A DNA stretch of 64,000 nucleotides from Cladosporium halotolerans (Eukaryota). Below, piece by piece: positions 12,398-23,913 of the stretch. The position numbers were made by a program, and so were the translations under genes. Within the stretch, counting starts at the first letter, position 1, and the number at the start of each line of letters is the position of its first letter. A model generated the notes under the pieces. The model saw nothing but the letters and a program-made list of their open reading frames with translations. It did no database searches and was not told the DNA's origin. The stretch covers positions 1,116,001 through 1,180,000 of the forward strand of contig NW_027191455.1 in assembly GCF_011745625.1 (NCBI RefSeq), written 5' to 3'.

Positions 12398-13478
12398 ATG
12401 CCTTTGTCAATCCCTTACAGCTCATTACCATACCGGCCCGCGTTTGGCCCAAGAACCGCAAGAGCAGAGTGAGATGTCCTTATTCATCAAGATTCCCGCC
12501 AACTTCCGCTTAACATCCACGTCTCAGCTTCTGCGAGGAGGACTTCATCGTGACCGGATGGATCGGGGAGTTCATTAATACGCTCACAAACTTGGCGTAC
12601 AGTATGCTTTTCGAAGGCTTTGTCCAATTGTCGAACATGACTAACGCATGGAAGTCTACTACGCATACCAAGGCATCCAAGCACGTCGACGTACACCCCA
12701 GAAGACCCTCGCCGCCGACAGTCTATACTATGGCTTGGCTTTGGTGGGTATTTGCTCTGCCTTCTTCCACGCTCTTGTCAAATACCATGCTCAGATTGGT
12801 ACGGATCTCCGTTGCTAGCTAGATTTCTCCGCCCGGGACATCGATTGAGTAACATGCCGCTGACAACAGACAGCGGACGATACATCAATGCAGATCGCCA
12901 CAGCATGCGTCCTCCACCGAGCAATGAGTTTCAGGCAAAGTGAGCAGTACTCTCGCAACGTCGCTCTCTTCTTGATCTCCTCGCTCAGCATTGAGACGAT
13001 ATACCACAGCATCATGGACGAGCAAATGGTGCACGAACTTACCTTCCTCCTCCTCATCTTACTCGTCATCCGCCAGACGAGATCCTTGATTCGCGAGCGG
13101 ATTCAGAAAGACGAAGAGAAGCGCATGCTCAAGTGGCTTTCGATCTTCGGCGCCGGTAAGTCGCTCGCTTTGGCCCATTTCGTTACCGGGCGTTTGTGTA
13201 CTGACTTCTCCAACCCCACAGTTTGCTTCCTCTTTGGATACCTGCTATGGCAACTGGACTTTATCTACTGCTCGCAGCTTACCGCCTGGAAACGCGCGCT
13301 CGGAATGCCCTGGGGTTTCTTGCTGGAGTTCCATGGCTGGTGGCACGGTCTGACGGCTGTCGGGGCTTACGTCTTTATGAGGATGGTCGACGGTTTGACT
13401 CAGGAACAGGTTGTTCTGCGAGGTGGCCCATTTGCCTGGTTCGAGAGTGGAAAACCGCTTGCGGACAAATCGCAGTGA
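12398..13478 (+). CDS. Alkaline (phyto)ceramidase, Ypc1/Ydc1-like (CREST superfamily); multi-exon
   Basis: Spliced N-terminus MPLSIPY...FGPRTARA(D)FCEEDFIVTGWIGEFINTLTNLAY (intron 12469-12527), later LWQLD..YC and LLEFHGWWH. Further introns near 12602, 12798 and 13156. Confidence 0.85.
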
Positions 13479-14044
13479 GCATCTTGCCGCCGTCGACATC
13501 CCGTGGCTGATCACGAAGTCGGATCGAAAGAAACCCGATTTTGTCAGCGGCAGAATAATTGGATACATCATAAACCACTCCGCTGCATCCTGGGCCCTGT
13601 TTGAGTCACCAAGACAGAACGTCTCGAGTGCTATCCGGCAGCAAATGCATCGCCGACCAAAATTCACACAGACCAGTTCTCCCAACGCCATCTCCGACTG
13701 TAATCCTTTTTTCCTTCCCCTCCTAGGCTCCATGTACTTGGATTTCAACCTTCTCACATGCCTTTTAGTCTCAAGCCGACCCATTGGAAAGGCTTGGAAA
13801 GAATCAGCCCGTCCCAAGCCTCGATATCCACGCGAAAGCCGTCGCAGGCATAACCAGATCTTCTGCAGAATTACTGTCGTGAAGGGGGGTCAAACCGCCA
13901 ACCAAAGACTGTTTCGAAAAGGATCATGAAGCTGAAAAGAGTGATTTATCCTTTTCGTCTTCGACACTGCGCCTAGACATCCCATCAGCGAAAGCGTTCT
14001 GACTGAAGCGGCAAACGGTCGATCCAACGCACCTTCACCCTAGC

Positions 14045-14293
14045 TCAAATCTCGCTACTCCGATAAGAAGGAATCTGGTACCCATTTGCCGCAGCCATAG
14101 CTTCCTGGTTCCGTAATCTGACATCTTTCCGATATTCCGCCTGCTCATTGAAGTCTTCGGCAATGACCCCAGCGTCGCCGCCCCTGCCGTTCCATACGCT
14201 GTGGATTGCCCAAGCTATCATGACAGACACTCCCGCCGCGCAGATGACGATGACGATGATGGCCTCTTTCGGGAGTTCCTCTTGGTCGGACAT
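14045..14293 (-). CDS. Small single-pass membrane protein (82 aa), hypothetical
   Basis: ATG in CACAATG context; hydrophobic AIIVIVICAAGVSVMIAWAI segment followed by a polar tail. Confidence 0.6.
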   Translation of the reverse strand: MSDQEELPKEAIIVIVICAAGVSVMIAWAIHSVWNGRGGDAGVIAEDFNEQAEYRKDVRLRNQEAMAAANGYQIPSYRSSEI

Positions 14294-16277
14294 TGTGCGA
14301 GTGTTGGTCTTTCAGCCGTGTTTTCGTCTTGAGATCGACCTGCTTAAACGAGTAACTGGGTACAAGATATGGAGACTTGACGAGAACGAGGAAGTAGGGG
14401 ATGGATCGTGACAGACATGCGGGCACAGTATTATGAACGAATGTACCCTACGCCGGCCCACTACATGGCCTATGCCCGCAGTCTTCCGCCCTAATCGTAA
14501 AGAATTGTGACTGGTCAGTTATCGAGCAAGGCAGGCTGTGTTTACGTCCACCATCCATCAGCCCCAGCCCCAGCGAGGCCAGCCGAGCAGACAGGTACTG
14601 CCGCGTACCGTACATCTTGCATTACCTTGCGCCTCGCCGTCAATGATTGGCCAAATAACGAGGCATCTCGTATCGCGATCCATGCACGAAGCAATGTGGT
14701 TGGGAATAGAGCTGGTAACGCTCGCCTGTGACTTGCGGATTGTGGTCCGGGAGCCCACATGGCGGGCGGCTCAGAGCTGAATTTAGCTCGATCTGCCAGG
14801 GGCACGATCCTGCGGAAACTCGACGGGGCCGCTGATTGGGCAGCCAACGAGCTCTCCAGGATTTGAGATCCGGGGCTTTTAGCGAGTTGTTCGCACCCGC
14901 TACGAGGTTCATCAATCGACTGTGATCATGGAAGCTTACACATGTTTCGAATTTTTTCGCCGTCGCGACTTCCTCTAACCAATTCTGATGTTCTGGAAGC
15001 AAACAGGGGTATGTACAGCAATGATCATGGCCAAAAGGCCCCACTCCTAGCTAGATGCCAATGCAACCAAAACTACGTTTGCCATCGAATTGGCGTTGAT
15101 CTTGCTCTGCATGTAAATCAGGGCCCAAGAATTGCTCCAAGCCGGAGTGCAGTAGAGCATTGTCGCACAGATCTCAGCGAGCCGTTCGCCTCACTTGTTA
15201 CCAAAGACTAACGGCAAGGATGGCACGAAGATAAAGCAGCCTGAAGCTTCATAGGGATACAAACGTCTCTTACACCATCGCTTGTTCATCGGAAGCCCCT
15301 GCCCTCAGTGTCCTCATCCGCCGACAATAGATGCCTTACAGTCTGTGCTAGTGACCCGTATCGCAGTATCATTAGCCTTACTATTGCGTAGGCAAATCAT
15401 ATGTGCGTTGCACATGCTCGAGAGAAGTGGTGAAGGTAGGCCCTTCGCACGAGCACGACAATCCTCGGCGTCAGAATTCCATCACGTGAGTGCTTGGTTC
15501 ATGGTCCAAGTGAAGTGAGCTCGTGCGCACATTCAGGTCTCCGTGCATTTTGAACTTGGGTAGCATGAGTTGTGAGAGAGCCACATTCTCTGCGGCGGGC
15601 AATCAACATTGGACAACTCGGATCTAGGACTTCTCGAGATCAATCCTCCATAGATCGATTGACCAAATAAAGTCCCCTCAGTATATCAAACCGTTGTCTT
15701 CCGAAGAGGTACGCTTCTCTAAAACCTCAATCCCATCTCTCTTTTGCTTGAAACCGCCGTCAGATGCCATCAGATTCGCGCACATGCTAGTGCCAATGGG
15801 GGCGACGTGCGTGATGTATCATCCCGTGAATAGAGGCGCTCTCACTCACTTGGTGCCAATACCAGCGTGTCCAGACGCTGCTACGCGTACAGTTTCTGTC
15901 AAGAGGTGCTCAAGAGATGGTCGTAAATACGGTCCTTCGGTGCTGGTGTCATTCCCTTTGGAAATACTGGCATTGCAAAGCAGGCATCCAGACGTGTTCA
16001 ATAGACCTGAAATGACCGCAACGCGAATGAAGCGTGGCGGCGTCTCTATCACATGCTTCCCCTGACAACGAGCACGTGGTGTTGACCGCCCGGTCGCGCC
16101 TGCCTTGCGACGACTCCGTCGCCTCGCGTGATAAAGCGCTGTTGCTGGCTTCGCTCGAGCCGAAACTTGCACCACCACGACCACACACAAGCTTGGTGAG
16201 TGTCCCAAAACGCGCCCTAATTCACCCCGTCTTGATCCAGCTAACACCCGATCGCAACACCAGACAGACAATCAACC

Positions 16278-16841
16278 ATGGCTGATCAAGCTCCTCCCAC
16301 CGCCACCCTCGCCGCTGCCCTTGGCCTCTCGCCGGCGACCGTACGCCGCTTCGACCTCGACCCGGACCAAGCGGTGGACCTCGCGCAGGCCCCTGAGGAA
16401 GCGCTGGAGTTCATCCAGCGCGGAATCATGGAGGCTCTGCACGAGCAAACCGCGGAAGTCCAGGCCGAGGTCGAGGCAACGGCCTGGGCGGAGGAGGCCT
16501 GGCAGCGGGAGGCGGCGGAGGGATACGACGGCGACGGCGACGACGAAGACGACGATGATGACGACGACGACGATGGCAGCGGCACCAGCCACCCGTTCGC
16601 CAACACCAGCATCGCGATGACGATCGCACAGCGGCGCGACCGCCACGGCGCCAGCGTCCCTGAGGTCTGGAGCTCGGTCCGGCCTGTTCAATGGGACGCT
16701 GCGTCGCGGGAGCCGAGCTCAGATCCGAGCGAGTGCCAGCAGTCGCTGAACTACGAGGGATGGCTAGCAGTCGAGAGACTTCGACGTCCTGCCTCCGATG
16801 AGGAGGAGTCGAGCGACGCGTCGGAGGAAGGCTTTGCCTGA
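16278..16841 (+). CDS. Hypothetical acidic protein (187 aa) with poly-Asp tract
   Basis: GC-rich coding-like ORF with CAACCATGG start context. Apparent 5'UTR intron 16196-16263 (GTGAGT...GCTAAC...CAG). Confidence 0.6.
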   Translation: MADQAPPTATLAAALGLSPATVRRFDLDPDQAVDLAQAPEEALEFIQRGIMEALHEQTAEVQAEVEATAWAEEAWQREAAEGYDGDGDDEDDDDDDDDDGSGTSHPFANTSIAMTIAQRRDRHGASVPEVWSSVRPVQWDAASREPSSDPSECQQSLNYEGWLAVERLRRPASDEEESSDASEEGFA

Positions 16842-17071
16842 ACGACGCGCTCGTTTGTTTGTAGACTGCGATTGCCGGAACTCTAGGTACGCGCAGCCGA
16901 TGGTTTAGAGACGTGTCCCGGTAGGGCTTCGGCCTGGAAGGCGCGTCCGCCATCTACAGCCTTCGTTAATGGGCTGTGGCTGTGGCGGTGGTTCGGTCGA
17001 CGATGACGGCAAGGTGTGTCGTTCGGCGAAGTCACGTCGGATCTCCGGGTCGAGTAGCCAGGCGCCTCGGT

Positions 17072-17513
17072 GTGATCGACCCCGATGTCAGCGAGCAGGC
17101 ACGACTCGATCCTCTGGCCCCCTCCAAGTACTTTATCCACAGATGGGCTCCGCTGACACCTGCGGTATCTACCCTGGCGGACATGAGTTGGTTCAACAGC
17201 CACCTAGCAATCGCCCCGTCATCAACTCCGAGCTTTGACTGGACACGCATTCCGATCAGCGACGCTACGCCAGAACACGTCAAAGTTCACCGCAAAGGAG
17301 CATTTAGCGAAGGCTCCGACTTGCAGGTACTCACCAAGAAGCTGCCTGAAATCGGCTTGCAGAACGTTGACCGCCGTCCGGAGCGCTTTCTGGAGCGGCA
17401 GAAGGCGATCGAGCGCGAGAAATTTGTCCGACCTTTCGACTGGGCCTCAACCGCTCTAGGACCAATTGAGACATGGAGTGCCGACCTTCGCCAAATGTGC
17501 AATTTGATCATAG
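17072..17513 (+). pseudogene. Truncated fragment of a fungal hybrid histidine kinase (pre-PAS region) with an in-frame insertion
   Basis: TPSFDWTRIPISDATPEHVK...FVRPFDWASTALGPIETWSADLRQMCNLI matches the remembered DW..T.LGP...W...LR..NL motif of PAS-containing fungal hybrid HKs. No HisKA, HATPase or receiver domain follows. Confidence 0.7.
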
Positions 17514-17516
17514 CGA

Positions 17517-17880
17517 TCTTCCTGTCCTTACCTTGGACCGCACTCCCTGCAGCAAAGAAACATTCTGGACGTTGGGTGTTAAAAAAGGGGCATCCAGATT
17601 CTTGCTGTCCCTACATTGGACCACCCTCCCAGCAGCGAAGAGAGATTCTGGACGTTGGGTGTTGAGAATACGGTGTTAGCGACAATCCTCGCCTGTCGCA
17701 CACCTTGTGGGGACTTCCTGTCCCTACCTGGCTCGCTCCTCGCGACATGTCTAAGCTGTTTGTCGATTGCGGCTGGTCCGCCTTCCTGGACCGCTTTTCG
17801 CAACATGTCTAAACTTTTCATCGATTGCGGCTGGCGCGCTCTGCTGGACAACTTTCGCCATCATGTGCAAGCGGCGCGAT
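17517..17880. repeat. Two adjacent imperfect tandem repeats (83-bp and ~58-bp periods)
   Basis: Unit ending ATTCTGGACGTTGGGTGTT at 17517-17580 and 17600-17663, partial at 17714. Unit TCGC-ACATGTCTAA...TCGATTGCGGCTGG at 17740 and 17798, partial at 17855. Confidence 0.8.
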
Positions 17881-18520
17881 GTCCGGGGCTCAGCAGTCAC
17901 TGCCGTCCTTACAGGGACCGCAGTACGGGACCATGTCCAAGCTGTTATCGGAGCGCTGGTTCTTGTGGTCTTGGTTTTAAGAGAAGAAGGAGATCTGAAG
18001 CTTGCCTGTTCGTACAATGCGTGTTGGATAACGACGGTGGAGTTGGGACTTGCTTGCTCTGGCTGCTTGGTTGGAGAACGACGAGGAGACGCGCGGTTTT
18101 GCTGGCTGTTGTGATGTTGATGAGAGCGCGGCAGCGCGTCAGTTTTTGGTTGTACTCTGGTGTAACGTAGCACTTGCTAGATTTATGACAAATGGAAGTG
18201 GCGCAGCGAGGCATCGCAGGAAACAATGCAACATCACCGCTTGAACATCACAATCATTCACGTAGGGACTCACAAGTTTTTGGGCTTTTCATAATTCATA
18301 CTAAGTTTCTGTGGACTTACAGCATTTGAAGCAGCCGGGCTGCTGATTATCGCATGGCAGAAGCAATCGCAGCAAGAAGTCGAAGTGTCGCAGCAGCTAG
18401 ACGGTTGGTGAAGTTGAGTGTGAAGAGAATTCCAACTTAGCTGATCGCGCACCGACGGTGCGGACCTACCTCGCCTCGTGCAATGTGAGGGCGCGATGGC
18501 GTATCCAAGCATTGAGGTCG

Positions 18521-20143
18521 TTAATCGGAGCGCGGAGAGTCGAACTTACCCCAGGGTTCCATCTTCTCTTCACCACTATCCTCGTTGTCACTGTAGGCTA
18601 ACCTATAGTCCACAAGCTTGCTCTTCTTTTTCTTCTTGCTTGGCTGTCCGTCATCCGCGGGGGTGCCAACGGTCTGTTCTGCCGCAGCCGGGTTGAGATC
18701 GCCTTGAGTAGTTGCTTCAGGCCCCTGATCTGCAGACATGGGATCGGCAGTGACGTCGGTGCCAGCTTGGTCCTGAGGCGCAGGCTGGTTGCCAGTGTCT
18801 TGCTCAATCGCAGCTTGTTCAGGTGCGGCTTGCGCCTGAGGGGCAGGCTGATTGCCAGTGTCCTGCACAATCGTAGCTTGGTCACGCGCAGCTTGGTCCT
18901 GAGGGGCAGGCTGGTTGCCAGCATCTTGCTCCATTTCAGCTGGTTGATGTGCAGCTTGCGCCTGAGGGGCAGGCTGATTGCGAGCGTGTTGCTCGATTGC
19001 AGCTTGGTCACGGGCAGCCTGGGCCTCTTTCATCTCCAGAAACTCAAAGTTACTGTGGTCTCTGAGATACTCGAGATCCTCCTGCTCCATGATATGGCTA
19101 GCGAGCCTGCGCCGCTGTTCGGGGTCCGTAATGAACGGACCAGAGTGAGGGCGCCGTGCTGACGGGCCGGCGGTGTGCGTATTGCTGAGGCTCTGGGCTG
19201 CAGGTGCCGGGGCCCCTTGTCCAGAGTGCATACGCTGCATGTCATCGCGGTTGACATTCGGCATGGCAACTTGCGGGCGGGGAGGCAACGACTGTGGGGC
19301 CGCTTGCGGGTGATCGAGCCTTGGCTGGGCGGGCGGCGGAGCCATACCGTGTCCTGGCGAAGGGGCAGCAGGAGAATAGGGAGAGTGGCCAGGCGCGTGG
19401 TATGGTTGATGCATGGCAGGATATGGAAGCTGACCAGGCCGCTGCTGTGCGTGCTGCAGAGTTGACGGAGGTTGGTAGTAGCTTGGGTGCGGGGTCGGGA
19501 GCTGGGATGCATTGTCGGGCGTGGAGGAGTTATATGTGGGCGGAAGGAGCTGCAGCGAGTTATTAGCCTTGAGCTGATCGATGGAGAGGTATTCAAGGAT
19601 ACGTACAGTCTGCTCAGCGGTAGGTGCGACAGGATCTTGGGCGTTACCCTGCTGCGCCGCCTGCGCTGCCCTTTGAGCCCTGCGCATCGCTATGTGTTCG
19701 GCCAAGCGCGCCTTGCGTTGCTCCTTGGTCTCCTCGTCGGCCTTGCGCTTCCTAGAGTTTGGCTCGCCCTGTCCTGGCGGCGGGTTCCCGGTTTGAGCAG
19801 TTCGCTTGCCTTCCATTGCGAAGTACTCGTTCATGATGTTCTGGCGGTGGGTGGAGAGGAGGTCGTCGGGGATGCCCTCCATGCCAAAGATTTCGACGTC
19901 GGGGCGCGAACGGCCCTCGATTGCGGCGTCGACGGAGGTCAGCGTCTCCTTGTGCACCTGCTGCATGTGAACGGCCAGGCCGCCAGCCGTGTTTAAGCGG
20001 CGGCCGCAGGAGCACTTGAAGTGCTTTTGCCTCTGGTGGTCGACGAGGACGGCGACGTCGTCGAAGTCGCGCTCGCAGTAGTAACACCACGGGCGCTCGA
20101 GGAGGGCCTCGAGCGCCACGCGGCCGCTCTTCTTCTTCGTCAT
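18521..20143 (-). CDS. C2H2 zinc-finger protein, BuGZ/ZNF207-like; one in-frame intron
   Basis: RPWCYYCERDFDD...HQRQKHFKC.CGRRLNTAGGLAVHMQQVHKE...EIFGMEGIP; Pro/Gln-rich middle; C-terminal LAYSDNEDSGEEKM. Intron 19550-19606. Confidence 0.88.
   Translation of the reverse strand: MTKKKSGRVALEALLERPWCYYCERDFDDVAVLVDHQRQKHFKCSCGRRLNTAGGLAVHMQQVHKETLTSVDAAIEGRSRPDVEIFGMEGIPDDLLSTHRQNIMNEYFAMEGKRTAQTGNPPPGQGEPNSRKRKADEETKEQRKARLAEHIAMRRAQRAAQAAQQGNAQDPVAPTAEQTVRILEYLSIDQLKANNSLQLLPPTYNSSTPDNASQLPTPHPSYYQPPSTLQHAQQRPGQLPYPAMHQPYHAPGHSPYSPAAPSPGHGMAPPPAQPRLDHPQAAPQSLPPRPQVAMPNVNRDDMQRMHSGQGAPAPAAQSLSNTHTAGPSARRPHSGPFITDPEQRRRLASHIMEQEDLEYLRDHSNFEFLEMKEAQAARDQAAIEQHARNQPAPQAQAAHQPAEMEQDAGNQPAPQDQAARDQATIVQDTGNQPAPQAQAAPEQAAIEQDTGNQPAPQDQAGTDVTADPMSADQGPEATTQGDLNPAAAEQTVGTPADDGQPSKKKKKSKLVDYRLAYSDNEDSGEEKMEPWGKFDSPRSD
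18765..19026 (-). repeat. Coding minisatellite, ~4.3 x 60 bp (20 aa)
   Basis: Repeating AARDQAAIEQ(H/D)(A/T)(R/G)NQPAPQ(A/D)Q units with alternating QAQA/QDQA variants. Confidence 0.9.
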
Positions 20144-20213
20144 CGTCGTTGTCGTCGTCGTCGTTGTCGTTGTCGTCGTCGTCGTTGTCGTTGTCGTCGT
20201 TGTCGTTGTCGTC
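20144..20213 (-). repeat. Compound (GAC/AAC)n trinucleotide microsatellite directly upstream of the zinc-finger ATG
   Basis: Plus strand reads GTC/GTT triplets over ~70 bp. Confidence 0.9.
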
Positions 20214-20648
20214 GCGTGGTTTTCGAGGCGTCGTGGTCGAGGAAAGGGACACAGGTGGCAGCGCGCAGGACGGCTGAAGTGTAGTTTGCGGCATCAGCGG
20301 CGGCCCGCAGGCTGAGGCCGCCTGGGTGCCTAGCATGCCTGAGTGCCTGGGGCTGCCCGCCGCGTGCCCTGTGCCCTGCCCCGGCGGTCCTCTGCGGCTT
20401 CACACCTGCGCCGGCAGCTGCCGACGCCAGCGCGTGCGGCCTCCGATGCTTCGTTGAGACCGGCGGCGCAGGGAGCAGCTTATCTTATCGCACGTGACAT
20501 CATTCTTTGCTCGTGGTTTGCTTTGCCCTTCTCGACGATCGACGTGACAATGGACGCTTGCGTGTTGTATCTAAATCCTGGCCAGGAGCCCCCGCAATCA
20601 CCACGCCCATACCATCCGCGCCATTGCTGCACGTGACATCGACGTGGG

Positions 20649-22563
20649 ATGGCCGCCGAGACGATCAGAGCGCTCGACACGACCGATCCCTTGGTGCTGC
20701 TGCCAGCGGAAATCGTGTTACGGGTCCTCGACTATGCCTCGCCAGCCTCGCTCGCTAGCCTCACCAGGCTGACCAAGGCCTGGAACGCTTTCATCGACGG
20801 GACCCACCAGGACGCCATCTACTCGTCGCCGTCCAAGACAATCCAGCCTGCTTGCGCCAAGAATTTCTCGTTCCTCGATTCGTCACGCGACTTCTCCAAG
20901 TACTTCAAGGGCGTCCAGTCATGGAAGGAAATCTGTCGCCGGCAGACGCTGCTCACCAAGGGCTGGACCCGTGAACGGCCTGTCACCCGCGAATCGACCA
21001 TCCAAGTCGGCAACGACCCCATCTGGCGCTTCCGACCGGACTTCAAACGCCGCATTTTCCTTTCCACGTCGCAGATGGGCGGCATGAACGTCACAGACAT
21101 GGATTCGGGCAATCTGCTGTGGCGATTAGACGCAAACACCGTCCGCCCCTTCGCCCATCTTGAGTACGAAGACGGCACCGCTGTCTGGGACCGCGAAGGC
21201 AACGCCGTGGAGGTCTGGAGGGCCGATCCAGATGCGGCGAAGGGTGTCTTCCAGCAGGTGGCGGTGCTGGAACACGACAGGCAGACGAGAGGCTTTCAAC
21301 TCAGCAGTAACACCCTTTGCGTGGTCTCTTCAGAAAAGAAGGGCTACGTCTACGATCTTTCCGGCGAACCGACTTTGAAGCGCGAGATCGACATCGAAGA
21401 CGGCGCCGTCGGGCATCTGGACCAGGGGCCGGGCGTCGTTGCCTACTCCCTCGGAAACAAGGGCTACCACTTCTTCAACAAGGACACCGGCGAGCCTCTG
21501 GGCGTCCTCCATCCCAAAGACTGCACTCAAACATATCACATCATCCACCCCCGCTCCCCCTTAGACTCCCGCCTAGGCGTCGGCAACGTCGGCCGCGCAG
21601 CAGACGCCTACCCCCCACAGTACCCCGGCAAAGACCGCACAACCCCCATCGAAATCAAACAAGGCCGACATCCCCTCCGCCCCGCCGTCACCGAAACTCC
21701 GCTCTCCGACGACGAATGGGGCGCCGGCATGCTTAACGGCAAGCTGTTCGCCGGCGTGTCGCGCGGCGGGCGCGTCTTCGTGTGCTCCGACTGGCGCAAA
21801 GCGCTCGAGAGCACCGCCAGCTTCACCGACGCAACCTGCACCATCGAGTGCGACTCCGACGGCTCCACCTTCGACCTCGGCGGCTGGCTCGCCATCCGCA
21901 ACCACAAGCTCATGTTCGAGACGCAGGACCGCGCGTACATCGTCGGCCTGAACGACGACGACACCGTGCGCGCGCACGACCAGAACCCCCAGCGCCCGTC
22001 CTTCGCCTACGCCACCAGCGCCGCCGCCCAGCTCGCCGTCCCCGTCAGCTTCATGGGCATCTACGACGACTGCGTGATGACCACATTCACCGTACTACGT
22101 CCTCCCCTGACCATTCTCCCTTCAAAAGTTCCGACAAGACTAATACCTGCCACAGACCCTCCGCTACCGCCAGCGCGTCGAAGTGGAAATCGGCGGCCTC
22201 GCGCAGCCGCGCACGCGCATCCTGCCCACGAAGGTCATCCGCATCCTGTCGTTCGCGCCCGACCTCGAGAACCCGAAAGCCGACGACGAGATCCAGGATC
22301 CCGCCGAGCGCGGCGAGGACGAGCGCGTCGTGTTGCCGGAGGTGAACACGATGCGCTCGGATTTGATCCAGCTGATTGCGATGCTGGAGGGTGAGCCGGA
22401 GCTGGAGGACGATGTGCAGGTCGAGATGGGGGAGGATGTCGGGGAGGAGTTGGGGCTGGAGGAGTGGTTGGGTGAGGAGTGGGAGGATGGGGAGTGGGAG
22501 GATGAGGAGGAGGGGGAGCAGGGTCGGAGTACGGGGCGGCATGATTTGGAGGATGTTGATTGA
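20649..22563 (+). CDS. F-box protein with a probable beta-rich substrate domain and acidic tail; one intron
   Basis: F-box DPLVLLPAEIVLRVLDY...LTRLTKAWN. Intron 22092-22155 joins to the frame of ORF 22183..22563. Confidence 0.82.
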
Positions 22564-23387
22564 GAGCATGAGAGGAGTTCAAAATGCGCGAGATACTAGA
22601 ACTATAGATTTGCATGGCATTGTGATAGACGCATGTATCCTGATCACGTTTCCCACGTCAACGTGTGTTTGTAGGTGTCCTTGGCTGCGCTGGGAACGAA
22701 GTTTCGCCGTGGCCGACACGCTTGGTGAACACTCTGGCCTGCTAGAAGGCCATTTCGTTGCGAGGCATGGTAAATCACAGTTTGTGTTACTTTTCAGACT
22801 CGCGCCACGATTCTTCGCCCAGAACGAGTGCATCAGACGCATTGTTCGGTGGCCATTCGATCACCCTAAGCTTACCCCAACCCTAACCCTATTGTCGCAG
22901 GCTGTTGCTCTCATAAGTTCGCCTCGCAGAGTTAAAGGAACAAGCAACGACGAGGCGTTGATAGGATGTCGAAGCTAGCTATTCTCAAGTGCAATCGTGG
23001 TCTGGAAGTGTATGTCGCAGTCATCTCGGTCTTTCACGAGACTCGCGTCCGTTCTCGGACGCTGCGGTCAGAAAGCTGGTATAGCCCGGCAATGATGATC
23101 GGTGAAGGATACGAAAATACATGCAGTCAGCACGATCGTCTGTCGCTTCGGTCTACCATCAAACCAATCATGTATTCTCACGACGCCTGCGTACGGGAAC
23201 AGCCTCGCGTGGCTTTGATAGCCCTAATGCCGCAAGGGTTGCACAAGGCGACGCATCGTGCGAGATATATTTTCAACGGCCTCGAGCACGAGGCGGGTCG
23301 CAGAAAACCTCCAATCTTTGAGCACTGGGTGCTGGCCTTTCGTTTGGAAAAACTCGCTCTAGCAGCTAAACCCTGGCTACGGTACCG

Positions 23388-23648
23388 ATGGAGGCGAACG
23401 GTTCGCACCACGCCGTGCCTACAATCCTCTTCGGCTCTTTTGGGACGGCAATTGGCCTGGCCACTGTTTTCATTGGCTTCCTTCAGGTCCGAAACATGCG
23501 ACGACGTCGCTCAAAGCGTAATCGGTCGGTCGAAGAGGGCCACGAGCTCCCGACCTCCACTGACGACAACGCAAGGTCAACGGACGACTGTCAGTCCGAG
23601 GATACCAGCGATGAATCATGCTCGCTTCGTAAGTCAAATGGTACCTAG
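23388..23648 (+). CDS. Small single-pass membrane protein (86 aa), hypothetical
   Basis: TILFGSFGTAIGLATVFIGFLQV followed by the basic stop-transfer RRRRSKR. Confidence 0.5.
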   Translation: MEANGSHHAVPTILFGSFGTAIGLATVFIGFLQVRNMRRRRSKRNRSVEEGHELPTSTDDNARSTDDCQSEDTSDESCSLRKSNGT

Positions 23649-23913
23649 TACCTGTGCACACGAAGATCGACTTTTGGCAATAGCTTGAACGATCATCCGC
23701 AGGGTCGCGGCGAAAACGACCAAGAGCCGATGAATGCACAAGTCACTGCTCGTTGAAGACGGGGATTCGTCATCCGGGGCATGAAAACTTCCGCCCGTGG
23801 CCATCGATCGGCTGTGTTGAAGATGTTGGACATAGCATATTTGCATTCCGTGTGCGCTGGTATAAAGCATATATCAACTGTATCATCCCGGGATAGCCAA
23901 AATAACCTTTCCT

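Noticed and set aside
17517..17880. CRISPR-like repeat-spacer appearance
   Set aside because: Eukaryotic context, degenerate units, no unique equal-length spacers and no cas genes.
19752..20336. 194-aa ORF with poly-Asp/Asn overlapping the zinc-finger start
   Set aside because: Product of the microsatellite and GC-rich off-frame reading; a uORF role is untestable here.
22864..22891. CCCTAA telomere-like motifs
   Set aside because: Only two or three imperfect units; compatible with chance.
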